Shown piece by piece: positions 1 to 9,288 of a stretch of DNA of 64,000 bases. The stretch comes from Limisphaerales bacterium (lineage in GTDB: Bacteria; Verrucomicrobiota; Verrucomicrobiia; Limisphaerales; AAA164-E04). Location: contig OZ244865.1 in assembly GCA_965221075.1 (NCBI GenBank), positions 2,539,605 through 2,603,604 on the forward strand, given 5' to 3'. The stretch's first letter is position 1. Every line of letters starts with the position of its first letter. The notes under the pieces are model-generated. The model saw only the letters and a program-made list of their open reading frames with translations. It ran no database searches and was not told the origin of the DNA. A program made the translations under genes and the position numbers.

Positions 1-366
1 CAGATTGGCGGTGCGGTACTGGGCAGGATGCACCGACACGCAGAAGTTTTCTCCTGGAGGCCAGTGCTGGAATCCCTTTCCGTCGATCAGGAACGCCTTG
101 GCCCAGTAGTGCCCGGTCTGGGCAAGCATCGTCCGGAGGCGGAACCGGCCCTGGACGTACGCCATCGGGAGGTCACGGCAGGCCTGCTGCGCGTAGGGCG
201 CGGAATGCTCGAAGGAGCGGACGATCTCGTCGTTCTGGATCTCTCCCGCCCCCAGGGTGGTCCGCAGGCAGGCCCGGCATCCGGAGAGATCCCCGCCGGC
301 ATCCAGCACGAATTCCAGGCAGTCTCCCACGAAGGCCACCAGCCTCTCCCCCGGAGAGGGAGTCAT
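1..366 (-). CDS. hypothetical protein, 5' part only (gene continues beyond window start); possibly alpha-glucan related
   Basis: Absent from the ORF track because it runs off the edge. ATG at 366-364 (minus), open frame to base 1, translation MTPSPGERLVAFVGDCLEFVLDAGG...GHYWAKAFLIDGKGFQHWPPGENFCVSVHPAQYRTANL. GC3-rich codons like neighbours; divergent from glgB. Only a weak resemblance to GlgE/DUF3416-type N-terminal domains. Confidence 0.4.
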   Translation of the reverse strand, partial: MTPSPGERLVAFVGDCLEFVLDAGGDLSGCRACLRTTLGAGEIQNDEIVRSFEHSAPYAQQACRDLPMAYVQGRFRLRTMLAQTGHYWAKAFLIDGKGFQHWPPGENFCVSVHPAQYRTANL

Positions 367-626
367 GGCCAGCCGCCGGCTCATGGGATGGAGGGAAAGG
401 CGGGATCGGCGCCCCGCCGGAACGCGCCGGAGCCCGATGGCGCCTGCTCGGTCGACTCGCTGCGCAGCACCACGGTGTGGCAGGCAGTCTAGGTTCCCCT
501 TCCCTCCCCCTTCAAGGCCATCCCGGAACCGTTGCGCCGCCGCCGGGATCCTGCCTGCCGGCGGCTTGACATTCGGGGGGACGCTGGGTTACTTGGCCGG
601 GTGCGCAGGGCTGCAACCGGCATCTG

Positions 627-2837
627 GTGAGCCGCCTTCCTGACCAGACGCTCTCGGTCCTGGAAGCCACCCACTCCCATCCCCACCAGTGGCTCGGCAT
701 GCACCACGGGGAGCGTTCGGGCGTCCAGGGCCTGCTGGTCCGCTGCTTCTTTCCCGGCGCCCTCTCCTGCACCGTCCTGGATCCCGGCTCGGAGAGCGGA
801 TGGAGCCTCCCCCTGGCGCAAGCCGATCCGGCCGGCTTCTTCGAGGGATTCGCCGCCGACCGCCAGACGGTGTTCCCCTACCGGCTGAAGGTCGGGTGGC
901 CGGGCGGCCGCAGCTGGGAGACCTGGGATCCCTACTCCTTCCTGCCCACGCTGGGCAACGACGACCTGTACCTCTTCAACGAAGGGACCGACCGCCAGGT
1001 CCACCGCAAGCTGGGGGCGAGGTGCCGGACCGTCAACGGCATCGGAGGCATCTCCTTCTCGGTCTGGGCCCCCAACGCCCGCCGGGTGTCGGTGATCGGC
1101 GACTTCAACCAGTGGGACGGCCGGAGGCACCCCATGCGGTCGATGGGATCCTCCGGGGTATGGGAGCTCTTCCTGCCCGATCTGCCCTCCGGCCTGCTTT
1201 ACAAGTTCGAGATCCTCGACTTCCACGGACGGATCCGGATCAAGACCGATCCCTACGGATCCTCCTTCGAGCACCCTCCCAACTGCGCGGCGCAGACCCC
1301 TTCCAGAAGCGCCCACGAGTGGGGGGACCAGGAGTGGATGGAGGAGCGCTCCCGGACCGACTGGCTCTCCCGCCCCCTATCCATCTACGAGGTCCACTTC
1401 GGTTCCTGGAGGCGCGTCCCCGAGGAGGGCGGCCGCCCCCTCACCTACCGGGAGGCCGCCATCCCCCTGGTCCGCTACCTGCGGGAGAACCACTACACCC
1501 ATGTCCAGTTCCTCCCCCTCTCCGAGCACCCCTTCGAGGGCTCCTGGGGATACCAGGTCACCGGCTTCTTCGCTCCCACCCACCGCTACGGGACTCCCGA
1601 CGACTTCCGCTACCTGGTCGACCAGCTCCACCAGCACGGCCTGGGCGTCATCCTGGACTGGGTGCCCGCCCACTTTCCCCGCGACGCCTTCGCGCTTTCC
1701 GAGTTCGACGGCACCCACCTGTACGAGCACGAGGATCCGCGCCAGGGGGAGCACCAGGACTGGGGCACGCTCATCTTCAACTACGGACGCCCCGAAGTGC
1801 GCTCCTTCCTGATCGGGAGCGCCCTCTCCTGGTGCGAGCAGTTCCACATCGACGGGCTCAGGGTGGACGCGGTGGCCTCGATGCTCTACCTGGACTACTC
1901 GAGGCGGGAGGGGGAGTGGGTGGCCAACTCCTTCGGAGGGCGGGAGAATCTCGAGGCCATCGAATTCCTGCGCGAGGCGAACGACATCATCCACGAGACC
2001 TGTCCGGGAGCGCTGATGATCGCCGAGGAGTCGACCGCCTGGGACGGCGTCACCCGCCCCACCAGCCAGAACGGGCTGGGCTTCGATCTCAAGTGGAACA
2101 TGGGGTGGATGCACGACCTCATCCAGTACTTCGGCAAGGATCCGCTCTACCGCAAGTGGCACCAGAACCAGCTGACCTTCGGAGCGATCTACCAGAATTC
2201 GGAGCGCTTCAGCCTGGTCTTCTCCCACGACGAGGTGGTCCACGGCAAGGGATCCATGCTGCAGAAGATGGGGGCCGGATCCATTTCGGAGAAGGCCAGG
2301 CACCTGCGCGCCCTCTACGGTTGGATGTGGGGCTGGCCCGGCAAGAAGACCCTGTTCATGGGAAGCGACTTCGGCCAGTCGGGCGAGTGGAGCCACGAGC
2401 GGAGCCTGGACTGGCACCTGCTCCAGTACCAGGATCACGAGGGCGTCCGGAAGCTGGTGGCGGACCTCAACGCCTTCTACCTCCAGCACCCCTCCCTCGG
2501 ACGCAACGACTACGATCCCGAGGCCTTCCGCTGGATCAGCCACCAGGACCACGACGCCTCGGTCCTCTCCTTCCTGCGGGGGACCGGCCAGGGAAAGGAT
2601 CTGGTGCTGGTGGTAGGCAACTTCACTCCCGTGCCCCGAAGCGGCTACCGCATCGGCGTGCCCCGCAGCGGGCCCTGGAGGCTGGCGCTGCACACCGATC
2701 AGCAGCGCTACGGCGGAAGCGCGGTCCCCTGCCCCGCCATCGTGGAATCGGAGCAGGTCCCCTGGGACTCGCAGCCGCACTCACTGCGGCTGGCCCTTCC
2801 GGGAATGGCCACTATGTTCCTCCAGCCAGGCGACTGA
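627..2837 (+). CDS. glgB: 1,4-alpha-glucan (glycogen) branching enzyme
   Basis: 736-aa ORF with GTG start. N-terminal VLEATHSHPHQWLGMH aligns to the GlgB N-terminus. GH13 core motifs present: GVILDWVPAHF, GLRVDAVASMLY, MIAEESTAW, FSHDEVVHGK. Confidence 0.95.
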   Translation: MSRLPDQTLSVLEATHSHPHQWLGMHHGERSGVQGLLVRCFFPGALSCTVLDPGSESGWSLPLAQADPAGFFEGFAADRQTVFPYRLKVGWPGGRSWETWDPYSFLPTLGNDDLYLFNEGTDRQVHRKLGARCRTVNGIGGISFSVWAPNARRVSVIGDFNQWDGRRHPMRSMGSSGVWELFLPDLPSGLLYKFEILDFHGRIRIKTDPYGSSFEHPPNCAAQTPSRSAHEWGDQEWMEERSRTDWLSRPLSIYEVHFGSWRRVPEEGGRPLTYREAAIPLVRYLRENHYTHVQFLPLSEHPFEGSWGYQVTGFFAPTHRYGTPDDFRYLVDQLHQHGLGVILDWVPAHFPRDAFALSEFDGTHLYEHEDPRQGEHQDWGTLIFNYGRPEVRSFLIGSALSWCEQFHIDGLRVDAVASMLYLDYSRREGEWVANSFGGRENLEAIEFLREANDIIHETCPGALMIAEESTAWDGVTRPTSQNGLGFDLKWNMGWMHDLIQYFGKDPLYRKWHQNQLTFGAIYQNSERFSLVFSHDEVVHGKGSMLQKMGAGSISEKARHLRALYGWMWGWPGKKTLFMGSDFGQSGEWSHERSLDWHLLQYQDHEGVRKLVADLNAFYLQHPSLGRNDYDPEAFRWISHQDHDASVLSFLRGTGQGKDLVLVVGNFTPVPRSGYRIGVPRSGPWRLALHTDQQRYGGSAVPCPAIVESEQVPWDSQPHSLRLALPGMATMFLQPGD

Positions 2838-3018
2838 CATTTAAGCCAGTTGGATGCGTCGCAGCGCATTCCACTGTGCAGCCAGCGAGCGCAACCTGGA
2901 GCATGGACGGATCCTGCGCCTTCGCTGCCCAGGCGTTCATTCCAAACATGCAATGCGGACATGCCTCTGGAAGCGCCATGTCCGTCAGGATCCCCGCATG
3001 CAACGGCCCGGGCATCGT

Positions 3019-3412
3019 TTAGAAGTACAATTCCGGAACATGCTCTACCGCCACTTCGGGTCTGCCCTTCGGAAGCTTGTCGAACAATCGATTGAACATG
3101 GAGTCCAACCTGTTCCGCTCCAGCGGATTTGCTCTCACGTCGCCGATTCCAATTACTGAAAAGAACATCTCCAGCCCAATATATCCATGTCTATGGTATC
3201 CCCCGGAGAATTCCAAAACAAGCGCTTCCCTCCCTTCGTGCAAACAACCACATCGCATGCATCGTAGCCATCCTTTTCACTTTGTTTATTTCGACATGCG
3301 CGCTTCCTTCAAGCGCCACAATCACGCCATCATGAGAATGAAGCTTGCCTGCCTTCTTGTAGTACACATCGAGTCCGTACAATATATAATAATCGGAACA
3401 AAGAACAAGCAC
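3019..3412 (-). pseudogene. frameshifted small ORF remnant of unknown function (possibly PD-(D/E)xK/DUF559-like fold)
   Basis: Track ORFs 3191..3412 and 3019..3258 (minus) overlap and read as one protein if a frameshift near 3235-3250 is repaired (...MHAMWLFA/HEGREALVLEFSGGYHRHG...). It sits at the start of the AT-rich islet. The fold guess is weak. Confidence 0.25.
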
Positions 3413-3648
3413 AGAAAGAAGTATATGCCGCTACGGCCGTAGCGGAGATACATATATTAATTCATCGTTAGCATATAAATTACATGCGTAACTTGAAATC
3501 GTCAGTTAACCTGACGCATTCTCAATATCATCGAAATGCATCATAACTGACACTATATCCAGTTAAGACAATATGCAAAGTACAATAAAACGAGCATTAA
3601 TCTTACAAATACATTTAATTATTTGAGCAGATACACCTGAACTTACAC

Positions 3649-5214
3649 TTACTTCACTGTCACCACCAAGCCCGGCCCGCCGCAGAATCCCTTGCCACCC
3701 GGCTGGTCGGGACCGCCCACATTGCCAACATTCCCTGCCATTCCTTGAAACGACACTTTTTGAGGTTCACCAGTGTAACACGGATGACTGAACATGACAC
3801 TTGTCACTGATTCCTGCGATGTAATTTTTTTCAATTCAGAATCTTCATAACCAGCAAGAATTGTCCGCAACTTGCGAAAAGCCATAGCATTCTGCTCCTG
3901 ATCCTGAGGCATTTGCATCTTCATATAGCAGTCTTCGGCAGATTTAAAGTTCCCCAATTGAATATAAGCGAGTGCCATATTATGTAATACACCAGCACAC
4001 TTAGATGACACTTTTTTATAGCAAGAAATCGCCATTTCAAAATTCATTTGGCAGTAGTACGAGTTTCCACAATTAAACATACATGTGGAAAAACTCGAAT
4101 CTAACTCCCACGCCTTTTCGTAATCCCTAATTGCCTTTTCATGTTCATTCAAAAGTGCGTAAATATTGCCACGATTATAAAGGACCGCATAATAGTACCA
4201 TGGATGTTTCTTACGAGGGCTGTTTTCGTTAATATAATTCAAATCATTTAACGCATTATCGTAGTCCGATAGCGCTTTAGGATAGAGCTTCGCTGCTGCG
4301 TAGGCATTACCACGATAAAAGTGAATTATTAATTGTTTGCCATCCAAATCCAAACACTTCCCATAAGCAACAATCGCTTTGCATAGATGTCCGTCGTTCA
4401 TCGCCTTGTTTCCTCTTCGTAGTTGCGACTGAAAAACCTGAGACTGAGAAACCTGAGACTGAGAAACGTACGGAGCTTCCGCACGTTCAATCTTGCAAAT
4501 ACCAAGCAAATCTGGGAAAATAGTGCGCTCCGAAATATCAATCTGTTCCAGTTCATCTCGCAAGCCTTTTTTGTCATCAGCGTCAATCTCAACCTTAGAA
4601 AATTGGGTCTTTTCGATTATTGGCCGTCCAATAACGAAAACACTACGTTGGCCAAGTATGCGAAATGCTTCGTCGCCTGTTAAATCAGGTTCCCAAATCA
4701 GATAGTTCGATCCTAACCAACGCTGATCTCGGGAAAGCTCTCGTGAAAAAAGTGAATCAATACTTTCAACTTCTAATTGTCGATTTGTAATCAAGGTGTT
4801 TGGTCTTTTTTTGTCCAGAATGAACACATTGCCATTGGAATCCATTTTTTTACCGTTGCAGCTTGGATCACCACAAGCAAACCACAGCGCAACAAGCGGA
4901 TTATATGTAAAGTCGAGTAAACCTGTTGCTGCTCCAAAGTGTTGTAGCTTCGCAAGGAGTTGCATATCATCGATCGATTGATTCGAATTATTGCAGGCAA
5001 TTACTTGACGAACTCGGTCAATTAATTCATTATGATACCTGATGTACTCTTCAATAAACTGAGGATGTTCGAGGGGGATTTCATTTGCCACAAGTCTTCG
5101 AACAGCTCCCGAACACAACTTCCATTCAGCATATTCCTGTCCTCGAAAGATTTTCATGTCCAAACCTTCTGTGGCATTCTGCATGCGCTCAATATATTTG
5201 GTAAGTAACTTCAT
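3649..5214 (-). CDS. FRG-domain protein fused to TPR repeats, glycine-rich C-terminal tail
   Basis: 521-aa ORF in low-GC DNA. N-terminal KIFRGQEYAEWKLCSGAVRR and LQHFGAATGLLDFTYNPLVALWFAC match the FRG-domain signature. Residues ~270-440 show repeated TPR-like A/Y/G patterns (YRGNAYAAAKLYPKALSDYDNAL, YNRGNIYALLNEHEKAIRDYEKA, FNCGNSYYCQMNFEMAISCY). Confidence 0.85.
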   Translation of the reverse strand: MKLLTKYIERMQNATEGLDMKIFRGQEYAEWKLCSGAVRRLVANEIPLEHPQFIEEYIRYHNELIDRVRQVIACNNSNQSIDDMQLLAKLQHFGAATGLLDFTYNPLVALWFACGDPSCNGKKMDSNGNVFILDKKRPNTLITNRQLEVESIDSLFSRELSRDQRWLGSNYLIWEPDLTGDEAFRILGQRSVFVIGRPIIEKTQFSKVEIDADDKKGLRDELEQIDISERTIFPDLLGICKIERAEAPYVSQSQVSQSQVFQSQLRRGNKAMNDGHLCKAIVAYGKCLDLDGKQLIIHFYRGNAYAAAKLYPKALSDYDNALNDLNYINENSPRKKHPWYYYAVLYNRGNIYALLNEHEKAIRDYEKAWELDSSFSTCMFNCGNSYYCQMNFEMAISCYKKVSSKCAGVLHNMALAYIQLGNFKSAEDCYMKMQMPQDQEQNAMAFRKLRTILAGYEDSELKKITSQESVTSVMFSHPCYTGEPQKVSFQGMAGNVGNVGGPDQPGGKGFCGGPGLVVTVK

Positions 5215-5238
5215 TTTTAAACCATAGGAGTCTTATGG

Positions 5239-5449
5239 CTCTACCGAAAAACGTGTGGGTTAAGCGACATGGGGGTTGAGCTTGGCGAAGTCGAGCTTCC
5301 CGGCGATGAGGAAGAAGACGGTGCGGATAGTCTTGAAGCAGCGGTAGCCTCTGGCGCGACGCTTGGCGGATTGGAACAGCCCGTTGAGGGTCTCGATGAA
5401 GCCGTTGGTGCGGCAGGTTCTGGCCCAGGCTGCAATCCCATGGCCGAGC
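5239..5449 (-). mobile_element. DDE transposase C-terminal remnant (ISL3-like) with element terminus
   Basis: The minus frame after a TAG reads LGHGIAAWARTCRTNGFIETLNGLFQSAKRRARGYRCFKTIRTVFFLIAGKLDFAKLNPHVA*. The NGFIExLN...KRRARGYR...GKLD pattern is typical of ISL3-type transposase C-termini. No upstream part of the gene remains. The 21 nt after the stop (5239-5259) would be the element end. Confidence 0.55.
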
Positions 5450-5527
5450 TATCCCATGAAAGGCACGGCATGTGAGGACTCCGGGCCGATCGTAGCCTCC
5501 AGGCCAGTCCGCTATCGCACCAGGACT

Positions 5528-6322
5528 TCATTCTCGGACTCCCAGCAGGCCGGAGATGGCCTCTGCTCCTCCCCGCATCAGCGATTCCCCCACCAGCAGG
5601 GCCTGCACGCCCGCATTCCGCATCCTCTCCACATCGCCTCTGGTCCGGATTCCGCTCTCCGCTACCAGCACGATCTCGTCGCGCCGCCGATGGCCGACCA
5701 GGCTCGCGGCCAGGCGCTCTGTGACGCCCAGGTCCACCTCGAAGCGGCGAAGATCCCGGTTGTTGATCCCGATCAGATCGGCGCCCACCGCCAGGGCCCT
5801 CTCTAGCTCCGGGTGATCGTGGACCTCCACCAGCACGTCCAGGGAGGCGGATCGGGCCAGGTGGTGGAGCTGCTCCAGGAGGGGCTCCTCGAGGATGGCG
5901 GCGATGAGCAGCACCGCGTCGGCTCCGTTCTCCACCGCCTCCAGGATCTGCAGGGGATGGAGGATGAAGTCCTTGCGCAGGATGGGCAGGCTGGAAGCCT
6001 CCCTGACCGCCCGGAGGTGGGAGAGGGAGCCCTGGAAGTATCCGGCATCGGTGAGGACCGAGAGGCAGTGGGCGCCCCCCTTCTGGTACTCCCGGGCGAT
6101 CCGGGGAGGATCGTAGTCGGAGCAGATGGTTCCCGCCGAAGGGGAGGCCTTCTTGATCTCGGCGACGAGTCCCAGCGAAGCGTCGCGAAGCGCCTGGCGG
6201 AACGGCCGCCGGCCGCCCCGCGTGGCTATGCCTTCGAGCAGCGTCCCGGGCGACACTTCCCGCTGGGGCAGGGCCCGGATCTCGCGCCGCTTGTCGGCCA
6301 CGATCCGGTCCAGGATGGTCAT
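5528..6322 (-). CDS. trpC: indole-3-glycerol phosphate synthase
   Basis: 264 aa from ATG 6322 ([15 protein letters not shown]). Motifs [46 protein letters not shown] overlap with the prfB stop. Confidence 0.93.
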   Translation of the reverse strand: MTILDRIVADKRREIRALPQREVSPGTLLEGIATRGGRRPFRQALRDASLGLVAEIKKASPSAGTICSDYDPPRIAREYQKGGAHCLSVLTDAGYFQGSLSHLRAVREASSLPILRKDFILHPLQILEAVENGADAVLLIAAILEEPLLEQLHHLARSASLDVLVEVHDHPELERALAVGADLIGINNRDLRRFEVDLGVTERLAASLVGHRRRDEIVLVAESGIRTRGDVERMRNAGVQALLVGESLMRGGAEAISGLLGVRE

Positions 6323-7459
6323 CGGGACTCCGCCGCATCGGCCGCCACCCCGGTGGGGCAGCCGGCCTGCAGCCAGACGTTGACGAAGGGATCGAGATCG
6401 CCGTCCATCACTCCCTGCACGTTGCTGGTCTCCACGCCGGTGCGCAGATCCTTGACCATCTGGTAGGGCTGGAAGACGTAGTTGCGGATCTGGTTCCCCC
6501 AGGAGACGCTTCCCTTCTCCCCGTAGAAGCGATCCATCTCCCGCTTGGCCTCGTCCTCCCGCAGGGCGTAGAGCCTCGAGGTCAGCAGCGTCATGGCGGT
6601 GGCCCGGTTCTGGTGCTGAGAGCGCTGCGTCTGGCAGGCCACCGACAGCCCGGTGGGCAGGTGGGTGACGCGCACCGCGGTCTCCACCTTGTTCACGTTC
6701 TGCCCTCCCTTGCCTCCCGAGCGGAACGTGTCCACCCGGAGATCCGAGGAGGGGATCTCCAGGTCGATGTCCTCCTCGATCTCGGCGATGACGTCGACGC
6801 TGGCAAAGCTGGTGTGGCGGCGGCTGTTGGAGTCGAAGGGGGAGATGCGCACCAGGCGATGCACCCCCCGCTCGGCCTTGCAGTAGCCGTAGGCGTTCTC
6901 CCCGGAGATGAGCACGCTGGCCTTGGAGATCCCGGTGCTCTCGCCCGGAAGCGAATCGGTGATCTCGGCCTTCCATCCCCGCCGTTCGCACCAGCGCTGG
7001 TACATGCGGAGCAGCATCACCGCCCAGTCGCAGGCCTCGGTCCCGCCCGCGCCGGCGTTGATGCTCAGGATGCAGTTCTTGCCGTCGTGGGGGCCGTCGA
7101 GCAGCATCCGCAGCTCCAGCTCCTCCACCTCGCCCTCCAGCCGCCGAACATCCCTCTCCACTTCGGCGAGCACCCCGGGCTGGGCCTCCTCCGGCTCGGC
7201 CTCTCCCAGCTCCACCATCACCGAGACGTCGTCGATGGCGGACTGGACCTGGGTCAGGGGCCCGATCCTGCGCTTGAGCCGGGATGCCTCGTCGGTGACC
7301 TCCCGGGCCCGCTCGCGGTTGTTCCAGAAGCCCTCGCCCGACATCTCCGCCTCGAGCTCCGCCTGGCGGCTCCGGATGGCCTCCGCGTCAAAGATACCTC
7401 CAGAGCCGGGACAGCTTCCCGTTCACCTCCACCAGACGCTCCTTGACAGTCTCGAACAT
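6319..7459 (-). CDS. prfB: peptide chain release factor 2 (programmed +1 frameshift)
   Basis: Frame 0 reads [26 protein letters not shown] (7459..7388). The +1 frame continues [22 protein letters not shown]... to 6319. It contains the SPF tripeptide (RISPFDS) and GGQ motif ([12 protein letters not shown]). Confidence 0.95.
7385..7402 (-). promoter_or_regulatory. RF2 autoregulatory +1 frameshift site (SD-like GGAGG, CTT TGA C)
   Basis: The minus strand reads CTGGAGGTATCTTTGACGCG. This is the canonical CUU UGA C slippery/stop context, with an internal Shine-Dalgarno-like GGAGG 3 nt upstream. Confidence 0.9.
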
Positions 7460-7673
7460 GGCGCGCCCCATGGTAGGGATCCCGCCCCTGCCCCGGCAAC
7501 CGTATAGTGGGCTTCCATCGCCGGCAGCTCCGGCTCCGGTTCGCCCCGGGCCGGACCTCTTCGCATCGACCCACCGGAGAACCGCCCAGCGGACGCGGTC
7601 CGGCCGCCCCCGCAGAGCCCTTGCACCGCTTCTCCTTGAAGCGGGATCCCGAGGCTGGTAGGAAGGGAGCCAG

Positions 7674-8051
7674 ATGGATTCGCAGCTAGCCGAATACCTT
7701 CCGGTTCTGCTCCTTTTGTGCGTCTCGGCCCTGATTGCCGTTGGAGCCCTCGCCATATCCGTGGCCCTGGGCAGCCGCGGCGTCCGCAACCGCATCAAGG
7801 ACTCGGCCTACGAGTGCGGCATGCTTCCCCAGGGGGAGGGCACGGCCCGCTTCTCGGTCAAGTTCTACCGAGTGGCGATGCTCTTCATCCTGTTCGATGT
7901 CGAGGTGGTGTTCCTCTACCCCTGGGCCGTGGTCTACCGGGAGCAGCTGGCGGCCAACGCCAACTGGATCTTCGGCTCCATGATGGTCTTCCTGGCGCTT
8001 TTCGCCGCCGGAATGGTCTACGAGATCAAGAAGAAGGCCTTCCATTGGTAG
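7674..8051 (+). CDS. nuoA: NADH-quinone oxidoreductase subunit A
   Basis: 125 aa with three predicted TM segments. Conserved YECGM..G.ARF.VKFY..A.LF.LFDVEVVFLYPWA block. Confidence 0.9.
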   Translation: MDSQLAEYLPVLLLLCVSALIAVGALAISVALGSRGVRNRIKDSAYECGMLPQGEGTARFSVKFYRVAMLFILFDVEVVFLYPWAVVYREQLAANANWIFGSMMVFLALFAAGMVYEIKKKAFHW

Positions 8052-8083
8052 GCGGGCCGGGGAGCGCCGGAGACTCCCGGCCC

Positions 8084-9268
8084 ATGGCCTCCCTGCCCAC
8101 CGTCCACCTCAAGCGGAACGCCGCCGAGCGGATCCTGGCCGGCCACCCCTGGATCTTTCCGGCCAACATCGACCGGGTCACCCACGACCCCCAGGACGGC
8201 GGGGAAGTCCAGGTGAGGGACGCCCGCCGGCGCTTCCTCGGCACCGGGCTGTACAACTCCCGATCCCGCATCCGGGTGCGGCTGCTCTCGCGCCAGCGGG
8301 AGGCCATCGACACCGGCTTCTTCCTCCGCCGCCTGAAGCAGGCCCGGGCCCACCGGCAGAAGGTCGTTCCGGAAGCCCGTTGCCACCGCCTGGTCCATGC
8401 CGAGGGGGACCTCCTGAGCGGACTGGTCGTCGACCGCTACCACGACACCTTCTGCCTCCAGGTCTCCTCCCTGGGAATGGAGGCGCGCCTGCCCCAGATC
8501 CGGGAGGCCCTGCTCTCCCTGGCTCCCGGCGCCGAGTTCGTGGAGCGCCGCGATCTCCCCTCCCGCAGGACCGAGGGGCTCTCCACCGGGACGGCTGAAG
8601 GAGAGCCCCGCAGGCAGGTGGTCCAGGTCAACCAGCTGCGGCTGGAGGTGGATCCGGTCCGGGGGCACAAGACCGGCCTCTACCTGGACCAGCAGGCCAA
8701 CTACCAGGAAGCGGCCAGGCTGCTCCAGCGCTGGAAGGTGCGGAGCCTGCTGGACGCCTTCGCCTACCAGGGGGCCTTCGCCCTCCATGCCGCCAGCCTG
8801 GCCGGCTGCCGGGCGACCGGCATCGACCAGAGCCCGGAGGTCCTGGACCAGGCCCGGCGCAACGCCTCCCTCAACCAGCTCTCCTCCCAGTGCACCTTCG
8901 AGGCGGCCAACGTGTTCGACTGGCTCAAGGGGGCCCCCCGGGAAGCGGCCTTCGACGCCATCGTCCTGGATCCCCCCTCCTTCACCCGCTCCCGCTCCTC
9001 GGTGGAGGACGCGCTCAGGGGCTACAAGGAGATCCATCTGCGCGCCCTGCGGCTGCTGGCTCCCGGAGGGATCCTCCTGAGCTTCTGCTGCTCGCACCAC
9101 GTGGACGCCCCCACCTTCGAGGCGGCGATCCTCGGGGCCGCCTTCGACAACCGCCAGCATCTGCGCCGGGTGGCGCGCTTTGGGCAGTCTCCCGACCATC
9201 CGGTCCTGCCCGCGGTCCCCGAGACCGGCTATCTCAAGGGCTTCGCCTACCAGGTGCTGGAGCTCTGA
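8084..9268 (+). CDS. rlmI: class I SAM-dependent rRNA methyltransferase (RlmI/YccW-like)
   Basis: 394 aa from ATG 8084 (MASLPTVHLKRNAAERILAGHPWIF). PUA-like N-terminus, GHKTGLYLDQ, and an MTase core with VLDPPSF and KEIHLRALRLLAPGGIL. Confidence 0.8.
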   Translation: MASLPTVHLKRNAAERILAGHPWIFPANIDRVTHDPQDGGEVQVRDARRRFLGTGLYNSRSRIRVRLLSRQREAIDTGFFLRRLKQARAHRQKVVPEARCHRLVHAEGDLLSGLVVDRYHDTFCLQVSSLGMEARLPQIREALLSLAPGAEFVERRDLPSRRTEGLSTGTAEGEPRRQVVQVNQLRLEVDPVRGHKTGLYLDQQANYQEAARLLQRWKVRSLLDAFAYQGAFALHAASLAGCRATGIDQSPEVLDQARRNASLNQLSSQCTFEAANVFDWLKGAPREAAFDAIVLDPPSFTRSRSSVEDALRGYKEIHLRALRLLAPGGILLSFCCSHHVDAPTFEAAILGAAFDNRQHLRRVARFGQSPDHPVLPAVPETGYLKGFAYQVLEL

Positions 9269-9288
9269 AAGCCCCGGGACAATGGGGG

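Noticed and set aside
567-595. TTGACA-N17-TTACTT upstream of glgB, considered as a sigma-70 promoter.
   Set aside because: The -10 hexamer is poor and promoter consensus for this phylum is not established. It is not reported as a feature.
689-3022. Very long alternative-frame and antisense ORFs across the GC-rich backbone. Examples: 689..3022+, 1377..2780-, 8018..9841-, 8890..11049+, 16763..18481-, 23885..26272+, 27559..29832+, 39275..40915-, 42090..44840+, 46464..47936-, 46772..48478+, 55993..57699+.
   Set aside because: Their translations are Arg/Pro/Gly/Ala-rich low-complexity strings without motifs. Each overlaps a gene with clear family signatures in another frame. These are the expected stop-poor shadow frames of high-GC DNA.
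3500-3516. Hairpin CGTCAG-ttaac-CTGACG about 130 nt downstream of the FRG-TPR gene, considered as its terminator.
   Set aside because: The stem is short (6 bp), it is distant from the stop codon, and it is followed by only a weak T-rich tract on the minus strand. Too uncertain to annotate.
4425-4469. Short tandem repeats checked as a possible CRISPR array, together with the 1.45-kb tandem units.
   Set aside because: The 15-bp units are contiguous, in-frame coding repeats without spacers. The 1.45-kb units are gene duplications. No repeat-spacer architecture exists anywhere in the window.
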